Shown here: piece after piece, positions 35,111-49,000 of the stretch
How the letters are laid out: every line of letters begins with the position of its first letter
Position numbering within the stretch: the stretch's first letter is position 1
Assembly: GCF_003918875.1 (NCBI RefSeq)
Contig: NW_025767213.1
Coordinates: 682,001 to 746,000, forward strand
Direction of reading: 5' to 3'
Source: Haliotis rubra
Lineage: Eukaryota
DNA length: 64,000 bases
The notes under the pieces: model-generated
The model's input: the letters and a program-made list of their open reading frames with translations, nothing else
The model's database searches: none
What the model was told of the DNA's origin: nothing
Position numbers and translations under genes: made by a program

Positions 35111-37022
35111 ATGTCCCGTTTGCAAGGTGTGTGGGTCGACGTTTTGTCTCTCAAGCTTAAGATTTTCAGTGGCACTGTTCATGTGATTTTTAGAGCTATT
35201 TAGACCCCTTTACAAATGGTGAGTGGGTACTCTTCGGCACTGACGTTTTATATTAACCTGACAGGCCGCCGACTACGTTGGCAGAAAGTTCTCAATGAAT
35301 CTCTCAATGACGATTTGACTTATATCATGCAGAGATGGAGTCAAATCGTCTTTGCTAGATTCATATCTCGTCTCGTTGATTGAATGGACGTTTAACAAAT
35401 TGTGGCGGTATTACGCACTACTGATCCCAAAACGTCAACTTTGTAATTCCCATGCCACTGTTATCGTACTTCAAAATCATAACTTCAACTGTTCTACTTA
35501 ACAACCGCTATTATCTTACCTCGCACATAAATGTCGTTTTCTGATTGGCAAAGCCAGTCAATGTGCCCCGCTTACAAGCGAGTAACATTTTCTATGTTAC
35601 CCGCTGGAAATGCCGAACTGCGGGAATTCGTTTGGTACTTTATGTTACAGTGATTGGGTTGTTGCCCAACTCCGGTACTCCTTATCATGATCCAATACCC
35701 GTGCTTCAAAACAGTTCAAAGTTAACATTGAGATGTTCAGGAAGAAAAATACGTTGTTCAGAACAACAGTTACTTATATTATTACCTACGAGGGCTAAAA
35801 TATCGGGATTCATATTTTTCATACGATGCCCTAGGGCAAATTATCACTTTGTCACGGTGACGTGACGTCATGAATAATGCTATGACGTCACGTTTCTTCT
35901 ATGACGTTGTGTTCTACATGCGACGACAGCGGGTAGCCAGCCTATGTTAGAAAGTGAATTTGGGTTTATTTTCCTCAATTTGACGACTTCGGTAATAAAT
36001 AGAATCGTATATTCGTTCACATATCATACTATGTTTACGACACTCGTGCCTAAATATCGGTATATATCTCGCTCTCGTTCGGGAAATACCAACATCTAGG
36101 CACTCGTGTCGTAAACATAGTATGACATGGGCACTCATATAATATCCTCTATGTAATATTTTTACGGGATTATTACGCTAGTGTAATACTGCTAGACGTA
36201 TGACGTCATACTGGTTCACAGTTATGACGTCATATTGTTAAAACCTCTGTCACAATGGTATTAGACCTTGCTTGACTTGCGGAAAGCTAAGAGTCATCAC
36301 ACTGTAAGCAGTTTCTATCAATTTAGGATGTTGGAGAATAATAAACAGAATACTGAATTCGCTCGTTTGATACCAAATCATTAACTCGTTCAATAAAAAT
36401 GGTATTACACGAAAGGTTGTTTAGTATCATCTATATACATGTATGTGTTTCCAAGTATCATACATATGTATGGTTCTTCGTTATGTCATAGCAGTAATGA
36501 TTTCAACCCAAATCGAAGTTCTTAGCTCAGCCCCCCAAAATGATTTTGTTAATTCAAAAGTAACATTGATAAGATTGGTTGAAATTATAAAAGAATATCC
36601 CGTCCTTTAGAAATAGATTCCATCTATGTAAATCATATGAATGGACCACTGGAGGTCGGTGATGACAGCAGGTGTTTGCTAAAAGGGTAAACATGACCTG
36701 TCCTGTCGTTAGCAGAGTGTCAGTGACAAAATTTTACATAGTTATTGTTTTTAGTTCTAAGATACTTTAATTTCTTCAAAATGTATTTGCAAAGTAAAGT
36801 AACGATACATATTGAGGAGGCTATATACTCCTCTGTTTCACAAAGCTATGGTCGCTTTACTGTTTACTGAATATGCGAACTCGGTGCGAGAATGATATTC
36901 ACAAGCACAACACAACTTTAGCCCCTCTGTTTCAACCAGGCTTGACTGTTTTCTGGAACGAAGCAGGAATAGTTTATTGATATATACGTGAGAGTGTGTG
37001 AACATCCTATATACCAGCTGTG

Positions 37023-40000
37023 TTATATCCTTGTGTTAAACCTGTGACCCATCTGTGGAGGAAGATGCCGGTACTGCGTTGCTGGTGTAGATCTGTAACT
37101 CCCGGCTTGGATATTGTCCAGTTGGTGGCTACTGCTGTCCACCATGGTGGTTCTTGTGGCAAAGGATTGTTCCATCTCCCTCTTTCTGACCCTTGTCCGG
37201 CAGCAACACAATATGGCATGTTTGAAACTCTTCCTGAAGTTCTTGGACATAAAGCCGTACACCACAGGGTTGGTGCAGCTGTTCATATATGACATAAGGA
37301 AGAAGGCCTGTCTCATTGGTTTGAGGTAGCCAATGTGGAGCTCGGGCAATACACCCGTGGATACCAGGAGGTTGTTGATGAGGATAGGCCCCCAGCAGAT
37401 GATGAACAGCACAACCACCACAATCAACATCTGGATCACCTGAAACAGAAACAACTCTAATGTGACGAAGGAAGATTAAATGTTGGACTATAACTCAATA
37501 AAGCAAGGTGTAATCGCCCAATGGCAATGTATGTGTCCTTTTCTAAGTGTATGCAATATCGAGTGAGTGTGTGAGTCTTGTGACGCTGACTGAATTATGT
37601 TGTAATCCAAAATCAAATTTACATCTCTCTTGCTTTCTGTGTGAGTATTCCCCACTTGGGTACAATGTGTGAAGCCCATTTCTGGTGTCCCCCGCCATGA
37701 TATTGCTGGAATCTTGCTAAACGCGGCTTAAAACCTGACTCACTCACTCTCTGTAAATATATTTCGCATATATCGCAATATTCCAATACATCATGGCGAG
37801 TCATCATTAAGGCCCGGAGTGCCACAGGTCTGATGGATTTACCAACTTACGGTAAAACTACGAGTTTGTGTTTTGTGCTAATATACCAAGAATTATAATC
37901 AAGGCAACCCACAATAATTATTATTGGATTCCGGCACGCTTAACCGACGTTAATGTGCACGAATACATGTAATTGCGACGCCTGAAACGTTAAAACACCT
38001 TTTGTGAAGTATTAATTCATGTACAGGTAAATGTGTGGTAATATTTAGGTCATCTTGACATATTGATCCCGTATTGTATTGAAAAACAAAAAGAACTGTT
38101 TCCATGACTGCACACTTCCGAGTAAGATCAGTAAGATAGACAAGAAACCTGAAACATTGGTAGGTCTATATATGAATTTTGTTTTTACAATAATACCGTT
38201 CACTCGGGAGAAAGTACATTAACTCTAAATGTCAAATTGCAACAAAAGAACATTTAATTCTGAAATAGAGACGTCCTTAATTCTGATTTGATAACGAAAA
38301 ATAGGTCAAGGTTATTATCACAAAGCAAGCCCCCCCAGCGGCTGGCCCAAGCGTATGAAAGTTTCGCCCCATGGACGCGCAAGAAACCTACGACCGATGA
38401 GAATCGCTTCACTTCCATATGTAGCAGTCAGACCGTGACAGATTGCGGTCTGAAATGCAATTCAAAGCGGCGTTGTACGCAACTAACTCACTCACTCGTC
38501 TTGCGAACAGTTCCAAATTCTGATTTTATAAACTGATATCACTGTTATATCCGTAAACAAACACTTCAAACAAGCCTCTGTGAAGATTTTCACAATATTT
38601 TAATGCGACATTCGACAGTAATCATTTCAATAATTTTACAACCAGAGTATGGCTACAAAAACGCCCTTGATTTTCATCTGTCCCATTTGGCTAAAAAGAT
38701 GATTCAACCGACTACTGATTTCATTTTAGATATCATAACGCCAGGAATAAAGTTGACATTGCACACACTTTCATTTCTCATGATGCATTAAACCACTTAA
38801 AATACAATGATCAAATCTGATTTTGAACTATTAAACTCACATGATTTCGAAAATAAATCATTATTGACGACAAGGTGATGGTTTAGGGCGTTATATAAAA
38901 TACTTCAAACCCCTTAACGATGATAATGATTCGGTGACGATAACTGGGGGAATTTTTCTAACACAACTACTTGTCCTCCGGGCGATTCCAGAGCACTACT
39001 CCATATAAAGCAGTTTATTTTCTTTGGTTTGGGTGAGTAATGAGGTAGTGATTTTCCAGAAGAAGTCGCGACAAGTCATGCATCTGCATCAACGTCCTTG
39101 AATTGCACCGTGCAATCAATGTAGGATTAACGACCAGACATCTATCAGCTCGCCAATACTGCCTCTAACAATCTGCAGTCTCCGTAATGGTAGACGGGGA
39201 AACCTCCATGTCCTTTACATGACAACTTGATCCGAGAAAAATTAACTCACTCTCACTTCTAAGAAGTCATCAACTTTTTATTTAATACCCAAGTAAGCAT
39301 CTGTCACGTTTTCAATTAAACTGCGTACTGTTTCAGTAGAGGGAATGTTGATCAAGGACGGCAACCAATCCAATTCTCTTGGTAAAATCAAGAGGAAACA
39401 GTCACTGTAGATCTCGCGGACAATTTAACACCCCACCCACCCCCCCACCCCCGTGTTTGTTCCACTAACACATTACGTCCACTTTGACAGCTTAAACTGA
39501 CGGCTTCTGGCACATGAGACATAGTAAGTCAACAGGCTCCTTGAAGTTGATGATTCAAGATTCCTGTAAACTGACACTCAGTTCTTTGCGAAACATCCTC
39601 AAGATGCTCACCCCACTAGCTTAACTCGTTACATCATTCTGAAGTCTGGACGTGGCATCATAATAATAGTTCGATGTTTAACTCGAATTTACATCCCATT
39701 CGAAACAGACACATTTCACGACAAGCTGAACACGTGCTCTTTACTTCCAAAAATATTTCAGGAGGTACTTTTAAGTAGCAGTTACATGTCGACCATTTTT
39801 AAGTCTCTTACAACGCCACGTGTATATGTCTGAGTGTGGACTCTAACACACAAACGTCATTTCATCGAAATCAGTTTTTCATACACTACAGGCCAAGACG
39901 AAACGCTACCCTCCTACCGTTACCACTACTGAATTACATTGAAACTATCAAAGATATGTTAGAAGGTATTAGTTTGCAAGAAAACTTAACAACACAGCTT

Positions 40001-43000
40001 TATGCAAATCACGCAAAAAACAAATTCTCAAATGCATTCATATTTTGGTGAAATGCATCTGTTTCAGAAGTGTTAAATTGTCCTTTATTCGACCATGCCG
40101 AAATAAACCAATAACAGTCATTTAGATGTCCAAAAGAAAGGTTGAAATAAAATTCTGCTTTGAGACAAAGATAAACCATTTAAAGTTACCATTTTTCAAC
40201 TATTAAAACTATACTATTTTCAGCTATTATTCATCGCTACAGACAGATTGGGGTCATCTTAGACAGACCAAGAAGTCGACGTCCATGTATCACAACGCCA
40301 GCTGAAGATGGGTACCTCCGTCATTAAGGAAGAAGGGTAACGTTTCTTTTGGCGTTCAGTGTATTTCTAGCATATGCATGCCTTCAGTGACTATTGTAAA
40401 CACTTCCACACATAAACGAGAAAGACGTCCACAGATAAACGTGCTTTTCTGTACGGTCAGAAAATAGATTACATCTGAGGAAAACTGAATAAGACATTTG
40501 AAATGAGGAACAGGCACTAACTTTACATTTCTCTTCATCCAGTCGTGACTTCTTTTCTCTTGGCTCTTTAAACACCTGGTTGGGGTGTCTGTATATGGGA
40601 GCCACACAGCCACCTGTCTGGCGAACCATTGGTGTTCTTTCATGAGATGCGTAACTCCCGCCCCTGAAACACATTGCACGTTATCTGTAAAGATATTCCC
40701 TTGAACCTAAGACAACGTATGTTGCACGACAAAATAAGGGATTTGTAGTCGTACGTGTAAATGTGTATGTAGAGTGAGTGAGTAAGGGCTTGTATGTTGG
40801 TAAGAGGACTATCGGTGTTTGGTGTAGTTCTCAACATTTCAAGGGAGCATAGGTGCGTTGTCTAAATTGTGTCCCTTTGTGAGGCCGAAACTTGTGATCG
40901 ATGATTCGGGTGTGGATGTACCCTGAGTATATTTCAAGGTTTGTCAGCACCAACGACTCGTCGAAGTGATGAACGTCTATTATGTGCAATACGTAGCTCC
41001 CGCCACTCACAATACTTCAGGCCCGTGTATGTGAGTATTAGTGTACTGTTCACTGTTTAGTCGACATTTAGTAGTTACACTTTTAGATCTTATATGTTTC
41101 TAACTTGAAATGCAAATATCTTCTTCTTTAAAAAAACACCCTCCTATGTGTCATGTAATTGCTGCAGTGACTGGACCAGAGTGCCTATTTGAACGTGATG
41201 GTCCCCTAAAGTCCATTAGTTGCCAGATAAAAACATAAAGGTGCCACATCAAATTCAGGTTCAAAGAAAAAGCACCATCAACACAGCTTAGTATACACTG
41301 ATCAGTGTTATCAAGGTAGAGCAATACACCACACAAAGTGCGGACCACAATGCCCATACTTCCGAGACATCAGTGTTACAACTGTGAAGCATTAGACAGG
41401 TAGTGGCGAGAAAATGGACACCAAACCCCCAGCAACAATGCAAAGTTATTTCTTCGAGAGTTTATGGGAAAACATTTTCAACATTTATGAGCAAGAGATC
41501 CTAAAAATGCAATAATGTCTCTTAAGGACCCATCGTAGGACTAAAAACTGGGCTATATTTTTATGACCAAAGTTATGGAACGAAAGGAGTGTTCGACCGA
41601 AGGGCTCGACCGTTAACATTGATTTATCATCCCCGAGGAATTACGTATTTGCTGTACACTTTAGAATATCTCAGAATGAATTGCGTCAAATCCAAACTGT
41701 CTGGGAAATATCTTAGAAGAGTTGTTTGAACCAGTTTCAGAAATATTACTTACGCCCTACTCAGACAGACATTAACACAGATGGCAGTGTTAGTACATGA
41801 GATGTGGTCAAGTTTCAGCACTAGTATATAGGAATAATGCTTTTCGCCGACACGCGTGACGTCCTGTATGAGTCAGTGCTTGGTACACTTCCTACATCAC
41901 CTAAATACATTAGATATCGGATTCTATACGTGACTCCAGGACAAGAACAGTATATCGCACGTCAAGTCAAGATCTATCTCTCACTTTTCCTCATTATTGT
42001 CACTGTGGTGGCCTGTTTTCTGTGTTTAATACAGTTCGTGTAATACCGCCCGACAATATATATATATTATGCTCATTATTCCATGTCGAAGCTGGTGAGT
42101 ACTGTCACAGAGTGACTATGGGGTACTCTGTTTTGACAAGGTATTATCCTTCAACATTATAGCTTTTCGATTGCTTCACTGTTGTAAAGTGTTGATGTTC
42201 ATCTCGTTGGTGTAAATAAGGCTGCTCCACATTGTGCCACACAAGCTTTATTATGACATTTATATTCATAACTGGTCATCCTCTTGACCGTGTCTGCCAT
42301 GACAACAGTTATCCCAAAGCAATGTTATTGTTTCTTTATCTGTCTATTGTTGTTTCTTTATCTGTCTGTTGTCGTCTATAATGATCTATATGTTCACATC
42401 TATAGTGTCAGGTACTCCGACTGCACTTGTGTGTACGGCCGTGAGTAGGCTATCCGTGCTTCCGTCATAGTAGAGTATTAATCACTACTCGACATATTTC
42501 TTAATGTAATCTGTTCATTGTATTATAACCGACTAAAGAAGTTGGGACTCAACGTATTCGTTCGTCTTCTTGAACGTATAATTCTGAGCTAGTTCCAATG
42601 TCGACATGTATACGCGTTGACAGTATGAACAGGATGTGTGTCTGCATCAAGGAAACCCACTGTGACCAAGCCAAATGGGTCCTCGAGTCTGTCTCCATCA
42701 AGGAAACCCACTGTGACCAAGCCAAATGGGTCCTCGAGTCTGTCTCCATCAAGGACACCCACTGGGACCAAGCCAAATGGGTCCTCGAGTCTGTCTTCAT
42801 CTTATATGTGACAGTGGCTAGTTAACCAGTTGACTAGCAGCTCGGTTTAAACCAAAAGTGTAAAACAGTTCAGTATATATGTGCCATTACCATTAGATAC
42901 CACAGAACGCGCTCTTGTACCATGCAAAATATTATATATACATTACCTATTACATATATTGGCTTGTTTTGAATATCGTTGAACTTGTAACTCTTATAAT

Positions 43001-46000
43001 TAGGGTAAAATGTGAGCGTGTATAGAATCAAGATTCATGTTGGTAATTGACTGATTCATGTAGACTGGCAGGCCGAGCAATCCCCGAGACGGCCAACACG
43101 TCAACACTGACGTATCTTACACCTGTTGTCTTTACATGTCATACTTTAACAGATGATCAAGTGAGTGAGTGAGTGAGTTAATATTTATCGTCACATCGGC
43201 AATATTTCAGCCATATCGTGACGAGAACAACAGATGATCAAGACTGATAACTTAATGGAGTCATGACCCCATTTATTCTGCATCAGCAAGTATTTCAATC
43301 ATTAGTCAAAGAAGACATGGTATTTCCAGCAGTCGTTAAACATAACAAAGAATACATGAAGTGATATCAAAGGCCTGAGCAGCAGATTCTGACATAACAT
43401 ATGAGGCAGATGGACAGCAAAAATTACCAGGGTGAATTACATCACCAGACATGTCTAAGTTAGCCCCTCCTGGCGGGATAAACACATGCTGCAACCCGTG
43501 CTCTTTAATCTAACAGGGGGAAGTAGACGAGGCCGAAAACTCAAGCCTGTGTTACTGTCTTTACAGAATTCATTGTCGGGAATCTATGCGATGGGGCTAG
43601 TGGCAAAGATTACCTCACAGTAGAAAACATTAATCATCGTAGAGCGGATTTGCAATCCATTTTGGCAAACAGTGTATTTTGGGGAGCACGTCTGAGATTG
43701 CTGATGTGGGGCGAAGCCCGGGGGATCAAGTCACATGCAGTGAATGTCCTTCAGGGTAGTCAATCGCTGTGGGAAAATTGTCGGTTTCACGTGTCGTCAT
43801 TTTATTTTAAATATTGCAGCATTTTGAAAGCGATTTAAGGTCACATTATGATTTGGACTTTGTTTACACTTGCATAGCTGTTGACTGGCATTGGCCCGGG
43901 TTATTACCACCGAGTACGGCAACTGAACATTTTACATGATCTAAGTTATGGAGTCTAATCTACATGTTGCCTACCGAGATGTTTCGAGACTTTGGAATGA
44001 TAACCAGTCAGGGGCGTAGCTACTATTATAAAAAAAGCCCGGGCTTACACATGATTGTTGCTAAAAAGGTTGGGCAAGCCCTCGATACTATCTGCATATA
44101 AAGCTTTGCAACCTATCGGGTTTACACGAAAACATTGGCTGCCAGTGCGAGGATATATGTATCTATGCTAACGGAAAAAGGTAACTGTCCTCTACATGTA
44201 GGGTAACGATGATGTATGTAGTAACTATAATCGTTTTTTAAAACAACAATGTATTATTTCATTATTTGTCTGACCATTGCTTTATCAAAACAACTTACTA
44301 TATTGACAACACCGAGACCTGGTACCAGCAAACCTAACAGTGGCACAGTGTAATGCCTGACCGCCATTGGCGGTGATACTGACGAGGCAGCCATGGGGAG
44401 AAGAGGTGTGGGAAAGAACAGGCCATAGCTCGACATCTATTTTATGGTGATCTACAAATCTGTTTATCGTGTGGGCGGACGTTATCCATGGCGTCGCTAT
44501 AACATTCTCCTTTTAGACTCTTGCACGACCCCAAGAGCAGAAGAACGAGCAGTCCAGATGAAACCAGGATTCAACTGTGAACATTGTACTAGCCAGTCTT
44601 GCCTGAAGGAGACCTGTAACCAAATTAGGGCGTTCCATGGACGTCGATATGTCGGTGTTGTACTCCATAAAAGGGTGTGTACGATTCCGCCCCCAATTGG
44701 TCTCGACCTAGAATTGTTAATATGGTATTTGGTATCGACACTGTAGATGCACCAACCGAATATTGTTATCATGTTGACGTGACGTCACACGTCGAGTGTT
44801 ACTTCCCTGTTGTGTTTCTTCTCTTTCCTAAGATATTATATTGTGTTTCTTCCCTTTCCTAAGAGATCATATTGTGTTTCTTCCCTTTCGTAAGAGATCA
44901 TATTGTGTTTCTTCCCTTTCCTGAGAGATCACATTGTGTTTCATATTGTTTTTCTTCCCTTTCCAAAGAGATCATATTGTGTTTTTTCCCTTTCCTGAGA
45001 GATCATATTGTGTTTCTTCCCTTTCCTAAGAGACCACATTTGTTTCTTCCTTTCCTAAGAGATCATATTGTGTTTATTCCTTTTCCTAAGAGATTATGTT
45101 GTGTTTCTTTCCTTTCCTAAGAAATCATATTGTGTTTCATATTGTGTTTCTTCCCTTTCCTAAGAGATCATATTGTGTTTCTTCCTTTTCCTAAGAGATC
45201 ATATTGTGTTTCTTCCCTTTCCTAAGAGATCATATTGTGTTTCATATTGTGTTTCTACCCTTTCCTGAGAGATCATATTGTGTTTCATATTGTTTTTCTT
45301 CCCTTTCCAAAGATCATATTGTGTTTTTTCCCTTTCCTGAGAGATCATATTGTGTTTCTTCCCTTTCCTAAGAGACCACATTTTGTTTCTTCCTTTCCTA
45401 AGAGATCATATTGTGATTCTTCCTTTTCCTAAGAGATCATATTGTGTTTCTTCCCTTTCCTAAGAGATCATATTGCAGGCATATCGTTGCTTTTGGCATG
45501 TCATAGCATTGCGTAAACGACATTTACGGTCTAACAATCTATCACTGAGTACTGCTCGCACATTTAAGGTCATACTCGAAATAAGCTACCAAACATCCGA
45601 ATTGTGCCGTGTACACAAGCGAACACGCTTGAATGGTAAATCACGACCAAATCGAGATATTTTCGGATGCACGGATGCACTGCTGACTTCGGAGTATAAT
45701 ATTAATTACACTTTATATGAATCACGGTTACATTTTTCCTTTAGTACAAGAAGGAGTACGAAACTTCCATCCACCTGTTGTGCAATGACTAGCGTCCTTA
45801 AAGCTGGATCTATTGTGATCACATTTAAGTATCCTTCATAGCAGACCAGACATTAACTTCATCAAGTAGGTATGACTTTACTGAAGTACGTTATATTAAG
45901 TAGTTTGAGTTTTCTTCATTGTACCTTTCCCTTGACTACACTCAGGTTCTCTGAAACTCAGACGCCCTACAAGTACAGTATTTATGTCGGCACGAACCAT

Positions 46001-49000
46001 CCACGACCTGTGTCACTTTGGGTTCAGCTCCAAACTAACCTCACGGAGGGACCAGAGGGTCGGGTTTAATACGAAACATCTCATGGTGACCAATCCGTCA
46101 GATTTGTAGGTCAATGTAAGGTTGCGAAACTGAGGGAAGGGCTAGAGAGGACTATGTAATGTTTGACAGCCGGCCAATGTAACAAATGAACGCTTTAGTC
46201 TGAGACAGAGGAAAATGACATTGTTGAAAGAATATTTTGTAAATTGTAAATCGCCTTAGGCTTATTTTGCAGTATGTACCGTGCAATATGGTTATTGTTT
46301 GAAGACGAAAGAGCACCCACAATGAAGGACAACACAATATGTTAATAATTACCTGACCTAATTCTCTTCTCCTTTCATTTCTCCATACCAATTTAAAATC
46401 AAATGAAAAAAGTTGTCTTAAGTGATTAAGTGGGTATGAATTCAGGCCCCTTATTGCAGTATTCCAGAAATATGACAGCGCGGAGGACACCAGACACGGG
46501 CTTCACACATTGTACAGTTGTGGAAAGTTGAACGCGACGATTGATTGTACCACCAGGCAACCCCACCGAACGTGTTGTAAAGGACATATTCAGAGGCTAG
46601 AACATAGTACTACAATCCTATCATAAGAATAGTTGAGAAAACTCCATGGCGAGGATCACTGACTTGTGTTTTACGTCATGGATTTCTCTGGTCAATACTC
46701 TATAAAATAGAAACGGGCACAATGCAGTTAGAAACTTATTCACCCACACCACGGATGTAGAAACCTAAAAATCGGAATTAGCCGTTAAACATTCTAATAA
46801 AGATATACGTTAGAAGTCAACTTGAGCAGAGAAAGGACTAACGCTAAAGAGCACTTGCTGACCGTGATGACAAGCAGCAATTATTGACTCCTAGCTATGT
46901 ACAGCTGCAGTGTTTGATCCGTCTGACATCGGAAATCAGGAATAACATGGACGTTCCCATAGCTGAGTGGTACTGCCCGAAGAACCCGCATGTCTGTGAT
47001 TAGCCAAACTAGGCAGATTTACTGCAAATACACATACTGGAAAACCCGGGGCTTGGTACTTGATTACACTGTTAAACAATAGTGGCCCAGGGCAACGACC
47101 AAGGATTTGTGCCTCCTAGCATACCCTGAAGTATTCACACTTGCACTAAAAAGGCAGTATCTAGTTTAGATCACAGAACGGCTATGAAATTGAAACTGTG
47201 ATGTGAATCTGTTAAGGAAGTCTTTTCCAGCCTTGAAACGAAAGCTGTTGAGATGGGACTTGTTTGTGAGTGACGAACGATTTCATGTGTTTCTTGATTA
47301 GTGCAATAAAATATTCTATATTGAACGAGAGTCAGATTCGACACTTTTTTTCCAGAGTTTAATCAGGTTTCTGGTCTTAAAGGCAGTGCATAAAGTGTTA
47401 CATTATTCCCAATTGTGTGGCCATGATGTCAAAAGAATATTAATCACAATGAGTGTCAGATCTAAGCAGTGCTGATAGTTTAGTCACAGTATACAAGGGG
47501 ATGCGTGTTGCTAGAAAGAAATACGTCAGTCAATAACCGTTTCGTCTCAGCAATTATATTTATATTCATGGTTGCCAGTTAATGGCAGGAAATACGTTTG
47601 ATTGCTTCAACTGTCATATGTTCAAGTACTTGTATATAAATTGCATTTCAACTTAGTTCCTCTGATGCTACAATTGAGAGAACGTTTCATGTGAGTTCAC
47701 CGAGAAACATTTTTATTTTATTTTGTGCAAGTTAATGTAACTGTAGAAAGATCTAGAAAGCGAAGCTCCATGATGTCTAGAACACTTTGGAAAACTGTTA
47801 TCTGTCGACCGGTGACCACCGCGAATGTTCGACTATCAGACGTCAATCAATGTCTAGAATATTTGGCTTTGAAAGAGGTGATTTTCAGCTTAACCTCTGA
47901 TGAGAAACCATTACATTGGAGGCCCTGTGGGAGTTCTGAAGCAGAAGAAATGCCTTGTAACAAAAGCCGGCAAATGGGGATCAGTTGGTCAGAATGTGTG
48001 ATCGCGCTGACCGTCTGTCAGTCAACTGTCATTGACGATGCCTGTCAACCTCTGATGAGCCATGACCTAATTCGATATCTACAGATCGCCATGATATGGC
48101 GTATTTTGTAAATTCAAACGCATTCATTGAAACTTCAGTTTCACTTCCGTTATAATGTTATCTGTGTTCACATGAAGGTAAGTTGAAGTTATGTAGGGGA
48201 CGCTTGGAGCATGTCCCCTGAAGGAGAATTAGAAGAAAAACATTCCCGAAAAGATAGCGTGAACCACAAAATTCGATCCGAAGGCTTGTTGTAACTGATC
48301 TATACAAGATTACAGAGCATAATTCTGCCCCAGTCGTAATCATCAGTACAGTCCCATCAGCCACCTGACCCGCTCGTATGTCTTACCGCTAATGTCTTTC
48401 TACTTAGATTTCAAATTCAGTACCAGGGTTCCTGGGTGAAATTGGACAGAATACAATTTAGTCATGACCGAAATAGCCAAAACCTCCTTTACCGCGCGGA
48501 AAAGGCAACCCACATATGGCACTGGGGTCCTGCCATCGGTATATTGTCAGCATGTAATACTATCAGTGTGTGCCCGTGCCACACGGGTACACGGGTACAT
48601 GGGTACATGGATGGGGTGCAGATGATCTCTTATGGAATTGTACTCGTGTAATTCTACTATTTCTAATATAGTACTTATATTAGTACTTGATATAATGTAA
48701 CAGCATGTTAATCGAATATGCAAGTTGGACAAGGAAACAAACAGCCCAAGAATCATCCAGCATTATCAGTCGGCCGTACGTTCACATCCAGATGTCTTGG
48801 AGACTGGGTGTGGCAGCCTTGTTTACGATGCCACTGCCACACCCCTTTGTTTACACTACAGTATCTGGACAAATATTTGCCACACAGACTGGGACAAGGG
48901 AACAAGTCTGACAAAGTTAAACTCCTGTAAACTGAAAATTCTACAAACTGGTAATCCGTTGAACACAGAAGACGTTTCCAAAGCCGCCACTCCCTCTGGC

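Noticed and set aside
42549-42800. Candidate GPCR ICL3 exon
   Set aside because: It is a 51-bp tandem repeat without good splice sites. Exon 40522-40663 fits the required phases.
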